64,000 nt of DNA from Vicugna vicugna (taxonomy: Eukaryota). The notes under the pieces are model-generated. The model was not told where the DNA came from. It saw only the letters and a list, made by a program, of their open reading frames with translations, and did no database searches. The stretch is from assembly GCA_013265495.1 (NCBI GenBank), contig PNXW01015080.1, forward strand, positions 1 through 64,000. Direction: 5' to 3'. The translations under genes were made by a program, and so were the position numbers. Shown one piece after another: positions 51,471 to 60,263 of this stretch (within the stretch, counting starts at the first letter, position 1; every line of letters begins with the position of its first letter).

Positions 51471-52195
51471 CTGAGTGCAAATGAAGAAATATAAAAAGCT
51501 GTGCCTTTCAGCCTTACCATCACGTGCACTAAAATCCTCCCTTAATGAAAGCTCTCAAGCCCTTCATGATTTCACAGGATTTTCCCCTCATTTCCCCTTC
51601 CATTGATTAAAACTCCTCAGTCCATCCCTCCAATCCCTGACCTTTAAACGTTATTCTTTGAAGTTCAAACACAGAATTTTTATTTTCACAATACCTTCAA
51701 GTATGCCTGCAAAAGCACTCCAACACCAAGGAAAAGCTCTAACCAGGGAGTTCTCTTTCTTTCCCTAACTCTTTAATTACCAAGAAGAATAAAACGGCAA
51801 AAGATGCTATGAAACTCCCCTGACCCACCATCTTCCTTCTTGATTCAGTCATCATTGCCTGCCCAGGGCTGCAGCTCACTGGGCCCCTGGATCAAGGTAA
51901 AATCCTGTTCCCTTTGATGAAGAACCAAAACAAGCATGTAAACTTCCCCAGAGACTAACTAGGTCATCGAAGGTGTGAAGTATTAGTTGAAACAATGATA
52001 AATCCTTTATTAAAACTGGAAACACGACTCCTAGAAGATATTTGCTTATAGCTTCCTTGTCTACACCACCCCATGTACATGTCCTGTAATATCCCAGATA
52101 CTGCAGAGCCAACCAAAGATGTCCTCACAAAGCCTCCTTTTATTTTAGTCTTAATGTGTAGTAGTACAGAAGAAACTTTCTGACTACAAACTTAC

Positions 52196-52316
52196 GGAAC
52201 TTTTTAAAGTCACTGGAGGAAACCCCTCCATTGCTTTCATCACGACCTTTTTTGTAGACGCCATTGTAGAGAGAATTCTGTTTTCTTATGAACTCTACTT
52301 CATGAAGTGCTTGTCC
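52196..52316 (-). CDS. Internal coding exon, 121 nt, phase 0-1 (GQALHEVEFIRKQNSLYNGVYKKGRDESNGGVSSSDFKKF)
   Basis: Strong acceptor tagttcttttattttcctctag, donor TCC/gtaagt. Only one of the three frames is open. Confidence 0.62.
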
Positions 52317-52820
52317 CTAGAGGAAAATAAAAGAACTATACTATGGGTGGAATGTTTTTGATTTCCTGATCTCATAAAAGATATTTATGCAAACTTGCTT
52401 GATCTGCTTGATTTTTCCAAGACAGGGAGGTGGGAAGGGGGAGAAACCTCCCTTTGCAGGGGACATTTGTTAACAGTTGGACACCCAGGAAGTGACCCAG
52501 TGAAAAGGCTCCCTGTATCCATGGCAAGGACAGGTGCAGTCATTCTGTCCAGGTGTTCCTCATTTAGAAAAATGGTCTCCCACTGTGAAAATGCTGTTCA
52601 CGGTTCACATAGTCACGGGGTATGTAAATCATAAATGGCTTTAGAAACAAAATGTTAAATAGATTCAAGTTTATAATTTTCGCACTATTCCACTATTCAA
52701 GAATAGTGCGTTTTCCCTTTAAATGTCAGCTCTGAGATACTGCCAATTTAGCTAAGAATATTACCTTAAAAATGTGGTGACTAAATGCAAGAAATAAACC
52801 ACAAAATACAATATGCTTTT

Positions 52821-52899
52821 CTTTTAAATTTTTTTAAATTTAAATTGTTTTATTTTTAAATTGAAGTATAGTCAGTTTACAGTGTTGTGTTAATTTCTG
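52821..52899 (-). mobile_element. Very short camelid L1 3' end
   Basis: A degenerate T-rich tail followed by ttgaagtatagtcagtttacagtgttgtgttaatttctg. Confidence 0.85.
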
Positions 52900-53029
52900 A
52901 TTAAGAGAAGACAGAAGCATATTTTTAATGAGTATAGCTCATTGAGTAAATATTCAATATATAATTATTCCATTAAAAATGGAACCAAATGCAAGACTAA
53001 AATCTATGTAAGTGCCCAAAAGAGGCTAG

Positions 53030-53137
53030 ACAAGGAGATTAAAATGTTAACATTGGCACTCAAATTAGTGAGTCTATACTAACAAGGATATTAAAATGTT
53101 AACACTGGCACTCAAATTAGTGAGTCTGTACTAACAA
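53030..53137. repeat. Tandem duplication of a 52-bp unit (about 2.1 copies, 3 mismatches)
   Basis: acaaggagattaaaatgttaacattggcactcaaattagtgagtctatacta is repeated as acaaggatattaaaatgttaacactggcactcaaattagtgagtctgtacta. Confidence 0.97.
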
Positions 53138-53732
53138 AACTTCGTATTGTTCACTTTCTCTTATGAAGGGTTTGGTTCAAAGCCTCATAACCATACCACT
53201 TTCACCCAGCACCTTTACTGATGTAGGAGAAAAGTCACTGGACCTCAAATCAGGTGCATTTCCATCCTGGCTCTGTCATTTAGAGCTATGAGACCTTAGA
53301 AGGACTGCCACTGACTCCTCGTCAGTAAAAGAGTCACCCCTGTCACTCCGTTATCCTAGGAGGTACACAGCATCATATGCAAATGGTGCCCCATAAATGG
53401 CTTTTATACATAAGGTTGTTATTCACTGTCTAGTTCAGTACCTGAAATGTATTACACATTCGATAAATGAATAAGGGAAAATACCAAGTCATAATACTAG
53501 TTTTATTCCTACTAGAAATTTGATTTACAATATAAATATTATTTATGAGAAATATTTTGATAAATGTAGTCCAATTGGAAATTTAATACACCTCAGAATC
53601 CTCAAAATACAAAGCACAGAGTGTTCAACATAACTTGACAGAATAAATTAGAGAGAAATTTTTACCTCAAAGATAATATGCTTTTTTCCAAACACACATG
53701 TAATCTTTACAAACAGTGATCAAATTCCAGAG

Positions 53733-53870
53733 CAGTGATTCTTGAAATTTAGCATTCATAGGAGTCATTTGGGAGTCTTATTAAAATTCAGATTCTGAGT
53801 CAGTAGAGATAAGATGGGGCCTGAGAGTCTCATTTCTAATAAGCTCCCAGTTGATAACAGTGCTGCCTGA
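53733..53870. mobile_element. MER5A-type hAT MITE
   Basis: cagtgattcttgaaatttagcattcataggagtcatttggg...cagattctgagtcagtag...ggggcctgagagtctcatttctaataagctccca. Confidence 0.8.
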
Positions 53871-53949
53871 ATCCACTCCGGTTTATGCCGGAAATGCATA
53901 CGTGGTCCAACATGGAAAAGATGTTCTAACGAAATCTGTTACATTAACA

Positions 53950-54680
53950 GATTAAACGACAAAAGCCAAGTGACACAGATCATATCAATTAATGCTTGAA
54001 ATGATTTGATCTAGACACTTAATGGCCTGCTTTGTTAACCAAAAGTATTAGCAAGCAAGGAACAGTATTCAAGGTTTTTCATTCAGTAAAGGGCATCAAA
54101 GTATATGTAGCACAAATCCCCACATACAATAGTTGTAAGATATTAGATGTGCTTCCCTTAGATAGGAAAACAGTAAGGATGATTATTATCACTGCTGCTG
54201 TTAAGATACATACTGGACTTTTTAGTCAATGCAATAAAAAGAATGCTAATTAAAAATATCCATAGGAAAGGAAAAAAATTAGTTTGTCTTTATTGGAAAT
54301 TATATATCTGTGTACATGGAAAAGCTAAGAGAATAGATTTTTAAGAAACTATTATAAAGTCTTTGATAAGGTAACATAAATAAACATACAATTAACAAAG
54401 TATTTTAAATCCCTAGAAGAAGAAAACTTAAAATGTCTAAAAATGGCCACAATACAGGAAAATCCATCTCTTAAAAAATTCTTGAAGGACATAAAAATAA
54501 CCTGAATAAATGGAATGACAATTTATATTTCTATCATGGAGGAATCTGTACTGTGAATATGTCAGATATCTCCCAAATTATCCTATAAATGCAAAAAAAA
54601 ACCACCCCAAACCCTAACTTTTAAAACTGACACTAATGTCTACAATTGATACTCAAAGAGGAAAAAGAAATATCAGAAGT
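53950..54680 (+). mobile_element. Old L1ME ORF2 remnant
   Basis: aagatattagatgtgcttcccttagataggaaaacagtaaggatg...tcaatgcaataaaaa...tatcagatatctcccaaattatcctataaatgcaa. Confidence 0.7.
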
Positions 54681-54714
54681 GCTCAAAGAGCTTTCCCTCT
54701 CTTGAACAAGCAGA

Positions 54715-54985
54715 GCACACACCTGCCTCAGGGCCTTTGCACATCCCATTCCCTTTGCCTCAAATGCAAGTCTTCTGTGACAGCTGGCCCTGTCTCACTG
54801 GGCCTCAGCTCAGTAATGCCTTCTGTGCCTTTGTGAATATGGATATGCACACACACGCACATGTACCTGAGGTGTAGGTCTATCCCGTTACGTGTCTCCA
54901 TCCACCTGCTTACTATTTGGCACTCCCATCAGAACATAAGCTCCATCAGTGCAGGAATCATGTCTCTCCTGTCATCTCTGTGGGC
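54715..54985 (+). mobile_element. L2 3' fragment
   Basis: cctgcctcagggcctttgcacatcccattccctttgcc...agaacataagctccatcagtgcagg. Confidence 0.8.
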
Positions 54986-55029
54986 TGGCTAATCCTGACA
55001 TTCATGTTTTTTCTTTTTTTTTTTTTTAA

Positions 55030-55330
55030 AAGCATGTTCCTCAAAACACGGTGTCTAATTTTTCACTATTACCAACTATCTCAACGTCTAAGTGCTTGGT
55101 TAAATAATTACACATGCATACAATCGAATAGTATACAACCATGAAAATGATGAGTAAGGACCACTGTTGGTGACAGCACATAAAACAATTAGAGTACAAT
55201 CCCGTTTTTGTGATCAAATTCACGTGTAAAAAAGACATAAGGATACACATAATCCTTACAATGACTACCTTGGGGTTTTTGTATTTCTTAATTTTTATAT
55301 TTTCTAAAATAACCATGAAATTTTTTTAAC
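55030..55330 (+). mobile_element. L1ME-type 3' end
   Basis: ttggttaaataattacacatgcatacaatcgaatagtatacaaccatgaaaatgatg...ttttatattttctaaaataaccatg. Confidence 0.6.
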
Positions 55331-55724
55331 AAGGAAAACCTAACATAGCTGTTACTGTATGCGTGCATGTGTGTTTTTGAGAAACAGGCCTCTTGCCTTC
55401 CTACCTCCCTTATTACCTTTGTCCCAATGTACATAAACTCAGGAAAAAAAATTTAAAAAATTATACCAGTGAGATTAAGTTGTAGAGCTTGGTGCTGTTT
55501 GTGGAAATCCACTTAATCCTTTACCTTGCTGCTTTTAAAAACAATGCAAATCTTAAGTGAAAAAAAGGAAGTATTGCCAATATGTGTTTTGTAAAGGGTA
55601 GTCACCATTCAGGAAGACGCCTCTCTTCCCTTTCAAGGTAGGAACAACAAAACCTCCGTGAATTCTCGCCCTGGTGGTTTAAGAGGAAGAGCAGGGGAGA
55701 GAGGGTTTTGTTAGAGAATCTAAC

Positions 55725-55793
55725 TTTAGGGTCTGGAAGCGTGTTAGACTGCGGCCCCTGTGACACAGAGCTCGCCATTTTCCGTGGTGTTTC
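55725..55793 (-). CDS. Possible coding exon (ETPRKMASSVSQGPQSNTLPDPK if phase 0-0; GNTTENGELCVTGAAV* if entered in phase 1)
   Basis: Good acceptor gttttcctctgtttctgatag but a weak donor AAA/gttaga. Phase 0-0 would join the 52316 exon in frame. Confidence 0.33.
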
Positions 55794-55847
55794 CTATCAG
55801 AAACAGAGGAAAACGTGACACAAACCATAAATCACAGCAACCTTTCA

Positions 55848-55860
55848 CCACTAGATGGTG
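55848..55860 (+). promoter_or_regulatory. Candidate CTCF core motif
   Basis: CCACTAGATGGTG is close to the CCACYAGRKGGCR consensus. Confidence 0.45.
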
Positions 55861-56189
55861 ATCTAGCGGCTTGGCCATTCAGACCTCTGATGTCATTGGT
55901 CTCCTTCAAAAAGAGAAACGAGACACTCAATTCATCTTAAAATGGTAACATTTTCGTGAACAAGTAATTTGCAGCTGAGCATTATATAGTTCAAACACAG
56001 CTATGAAAACAGTCTTTAAAATAACATGCTTAGGTCCTGGTTTTCCTAGTACACAGTTATACTCAAATTTAAGTAAGGCTGAAGGATTGATCACTTAAAG
56101 TGAGAATTCGGTACGTAGGCTCTCTAATTTTGACCTTCCACCTGTGCTGGATTTTTTTTTAACTCATCTTAGAAGGAAAGATCCACTAC

Positions 56190-56451
56190 CAGGCTTGCAA
56201 CGAAGCTTTTGTTTGAAGGAACTGACAGCCACACTGGGGCCAGTTCCTGGGAAAGGCAGTCCGTTGTGCTCATTTATCCCCGGCCACCAGTTCTCTTGCC
56301 TCTGGGTCCCTGACCGAGGCTGGGACTGGGCCTGAACTCTAGTTTGTTTGGAAAAGTCTAGAGTGAAGCTTGAATCCTGACTTGTATAGTTTCCTTTCCC
56401 CACATCAGTGCCAGGCCATTGGCATAATCGATGTTTTTCTGGAACGTTCCT
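56190..56451 (-). CDS. Possible coding exon, 262 nt (RNVPEKHRLCQWPG...SSFKQKLRCKP)
   Basis: Acceptor ccagttttcttttctag and 87 open codons, but the donor CTG/gtagtg is weak. Confidence 0.33.
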
Positions 56452-57269
56452 CTAGAAAAGAAAACTGGTGAACTTGTTTTAACATGACCTCTTCTAAGCC
56501 AAAACAAGGCATACCTATAAATCATGATTTAGACACAAGTATTCACAACCACTGAAGACTGTCATGGTGCAGTTTTACAACCACAGGTATAAATTATATG
56601 TTAGTCATCTTTATTCTTTTAGGAAACTTTTTAAATAAAATATCTGGTCTCTGAAATACTGTGCAAATGAGTGGCACAACTTACAGTTGTGTTTAAAGAC
56701 AAAAGATCATGTAGTTTACCATTTTCATAGACTATTTCTTCAATGGTATTTTAAGAAAATGCCAAGGATTTCGGTACCACTAGAGTGTGTGGTACTAAGG
56801 CAATGAAGCAGAAAATACTTAAACCTTTCTTAAACTTCTGAATGATCATGAATGGCAATTATTACTCCAAATCATTGAAGAGATGCCCGCAGAGCACAAT
56901 GTACTGTGAAGGGTCTGTTTCCCTAGACGTCCTCAATGGTTCCCTAGATTTTCTAGATTGACACATTTTTCAAGTTCGTACACACTTTATAGGATTTTCT
57001 AGGTCCTGCCTTGAAGTCAATCAATCACTTTTCATTCTAATCACTTTGCTGCCTATAGAGTTTCTTATCTTCACCTATTTGCTATTTACTATCATAGAAT
57101 TAAAAACTAAGTAAGTGAGTTTGTTAGAAGCGTACGTGAAACAATGAATAAACTCCAGGGATTGGTAAGGAGCATTGTTAACAGTCACGAGCTTGTGACT
57201 TTCAGTGGGAGGACTTTGTTGTACCTGTTGAGCAGTATGTTATCCGTTTAGTGTCAGCTGTGTGTGCCT

Positions 57270-57380
57270 TCTCTTCCATTATATTAACGACACGTTTCTT
57301 GAGGGCAAAAGGCACACGATTCCTCCTTGTGTTCCCAAAGCTACCGTCCAGCAGAGTGCTTCAATTACCACTGAAGGAAT
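57270..57380 (+). mobile_element. L2 3' end fragment
   Basis: gtttcttgagggcaaaaggcac...ccttgtgttcccaaagc...cagcagagtgcttcaatt. Confidence 0.6.
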
Positions 57381-57857
57381 TCTCGTATACTTACTGTTTA
57401 CTTCTTTTATATTTCCAGCAGTTTAGGTCCAAATGAATTAACAGTGGAACCAAAGATCAAAAGCTTCCATACTTGCTAGCTGGCAAGCTCAGTTGTAGTC
57501 CTTCTAAATCTTTCACCCTGACATGTCGCAGGAACGTCTTTCCCAGTTATGACTTAAGCAGTTAGACTGGTAACCAGGACAAGTACCAAGAGAAGCCACA
57601 GGTGAGGGTCACGGAATTATGAAGGGCTGGTGAAAGGCCAACAGGAACAGCGGTAACATTACAGCATGCAGCAGTTACCAGGAAATGTGTGCCCTATAAC
57701 TCAAACCCTTCCTCCAGGAACAGAGGAAAGAGAGAAGACACGTGCACAGATACTGCTCATTTGCTGCAGCCCTCCTCCTGCTTAGCCTTCAATGGGATGA
57801 TAAGAGGAGGCACACTGACCTATGAACTAGCTATTTATGGATGTTTCATATGCTTTG

Positions 57858-58128
57858 TTTATTTATTTATTTACTTACTTACTGACTCATTGAAGTACAG
57901 TCAGTTACAATGTGTAAATTTCTAGCTGACAGCACGATGTCCAGGTCATGCATATACACACATACATTTGTCTTCATATTCTTTTTCATTAAGGGTTATT
58001 ACAAGATATCGAACATAATTCTCTGTGCTATACAGAAGAAACTTCTCAAAATCTATTTTTTATATATCATGGCTAACATTTGTAAATCTCCAACTCCCAA
58101 ATTTATCCCTTCCCACCCCCTTTCCCTG
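57858..58128 (-). mobile_element. Camelid-type L1 3' end with a (TTTA)/(TTAC) microsatellite tail
   Basis: cattgaagtacagtcagttacaatgtg...cttcccacccccttt. Diverged TSD tgtttcatatgcttt (57842-57856) and tgtgtcatgtggttt (58129-58143). Confidence 0.9.
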
Positions 58129-58332
58129 TGTGTCATGTGGTTTTTAAAGTGACTTCTCCAACAAAACAGTGCTCTCTCATTTAAGTAGGAGTTACGCCTT
58201 TTTATCTGTATTAATATTTATGTTAGAAACTGGATACGCAAACCTGTGTTGCGTGATCAGTTCTGAAAGCGGAAGTAAGCCCTACCGCCCTTAGAGTCTT
58301 CAGGTCTTTGGGGTGTTCTTCCTGGGGCAGAG

Positions 58333-58345
58333 CCACCAGATGGGA
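58333..58345 (+). promoter_or_regulatory. Weaker candidate CTCF motif
   Basis: CCACCAGATGGGA. Confidence 0.3.
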
Positions 58346-59133
58346 TCTGTGGTGTCAGAAGCTAGTCATAACATAGATAATTTACAAGACTATATTAGAG
58401 CTGTAAAAATTGACTCTACATAAATGTTTTCTTACTTCTGAGGCTGTAGAGTATTAGTGTTCTCTTTTGAATGAATAAATCACTTTTGTGATGATTTCAG
58501 CTCTAAACTGAAATAAAGTTGCTTAGAACTGGCAATAAAAAATGACTTGACCTGTTATTTTTCTTTCTACTACTGTATCCAAACTGAAAAAGGACACATC
58601 GAACAATGTTCTGATTGGGAAATAAAGACCAGAATCTAGAATTTATTGCCCAATTAATTCCTTCTCCAGTAATTTCCTATTTTGGCAAGAGTAGTTAGTA
58701 GATTTATAACATAAATGCTGCTTTAACACTGACTTAAATAACTTAATGTGTCTTGATAAACAAATTGATCATCCAGAGTCCTGTCATCTGTTAACCACAA
58801 GCCTAATGATTTTATCTTTCTCTCACAGCTCACTGTAAAGTAGCCTGAAATATTCTAATATGGCAATCTCGGTAAACATAATAAAGATCAAACCATGACT
58901 TACTTAGATTAGCACTAAGAACTTCTGCCAAAACTACCACTTACATAATCCTTGCCTCTGTGTTCTTCAAAACTGTGTTCAGGTCTAGAAATCTGTTAGT
59001 TTAGCCTATTGTCTGAAGATCAGTAATATTAGAACCAAAGTTAGTCATTTGGAGGTTGTTTTTCTTTAAATGATTCTCAAAGAACTTTAAAGATTATGTT
59101 AGTTTATAGGAGAGAGGGATAATTTAACCAGAA

Positions 59134-59480
59134 GTGACAGCTATCAATCTATCACCTCCTGGCTCCAAATCCACCCTTCTCTGCCTGCTCTTAGAGAAGA
59201 GAGCTGAACACTGGGAAATAGTCCTTTGCGCTGATCACGGTGTTAAGCTTTGTCAGCAGAGAATGCCAGGGGAATACTGTAGGAGGAAGGGGCTTCCTTT
59301 CCTGATTCTGATGTGCCCGCCTTTGCTTCTTCCTAGTCCTGTCTGTCACCCAGCAACAGGCAGTGTGCAAGTGGGGGGGTGTCCAGTGCTCCAGCCCATG
59401 CCCCAAACCACAAAGCCTCAGGGTGCTCATAGCTCCGCCTTGGCTCAGTAAACACATCACCTCGGCCTCCTGACAGGGAC
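59134..59480 (+). mobile_element. ERVL-class LTR fragment (LTR40-like)
   Basis: gctatcaatctatcacctcctggctccaaatccacccttctctgcctgc...gtgttaagctttgtcagcagagaatgccagggg. Confidence 0.65.
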
Positions 59481-59656
59481 ATTGCACACCCTAAACTTTG
59501 CTCCACTCAGTCAACGATCATGTTCCCATGTTCACGTTTATATAGCTTCAGCATTTCCCGTAGTTCTGCATCTTTTCTGATTTAGAATGAAAGTATAATG
59601 TAGTTTTGCAGAATTATGGTACAATTCTTTTGAATTCTCTGCTGCTTGTTACTCTT

Positions 59657-60263
59657 TTGTCTATACATTTTTTTTAATTGAAGTATAGTCAGTTTACGAT
59701 GTTGTGTCAATTTCTGGTGTACAGCACAATTCTTCAGTCAAACATGAACATAAAAATATTCGTTTTCATTCTTTCACCATCAGTTACTGTAAGATATTGA
59801 ATATAGTTCCCTGTGCTATACAGTATGAACTTGTTGTTTATCTATTTTATATATATTAGTTACTATCTGCAAATCTCGAACTCCTAATTTATCCCTTCCC
59901 ATCCCTTCCTCCCCAGTAGCCATAAGTTTGTTTCCTATGTCTGTGAATCTGTTTCTGTTTTGTAAATAAGTNNNNNNNNNNNNNNNNNNNNNNNNNNNNN
60001 NNNNNNNNNNNNNNNNNNNNNNNNNNNNNNNNNNNNNNNNNNNNNNNNNNNNNNNNNNNNNNNNNNNNNNNNNNNNNNNNNNNNNNNNNNNNNNNNNNNN
60101 NNNNNNNNNNNNNNNNNNNNNNNNNNNNNNNNNNNNNNNNNNNNNNNNNTGGCTTCTTTATCCAGTCATCTGTTGGTGGACATTTAGGTTGCTTCCATGT
60201 CTTGGCTATTGTAAATAGTGCTGCTGTGAACACTGGGGTGCATGTATCTTTTTGAATTAAGGT
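59657..60263 (-). mobile_element. Camelid-type L1 3' end including the ORF2 C-terminal remnant, spanning an N-gap
   Basis: Minus-strand translation MFTAALFTIAKTWKQPKCPPTDDWIKK is the L1 ORF2p C-terminus. TSD gcttgttactctt at 59644-59656 and 60268-60280 (17 bp with one mismatch if extended). Confidence 0.93.
59972..60149. other. Assembly gap (178 N) inside the L1
   Basis: Run of N, with L1 sequence on both sides. Confidence 1.

Noticed and set aside
57418-57601. Plus-strand exon-like segment (acceptor tttccag, donor CAG/gtgagg)
   Set aside because: Stops in all three frames. At most a non-coding exon, with no further support.
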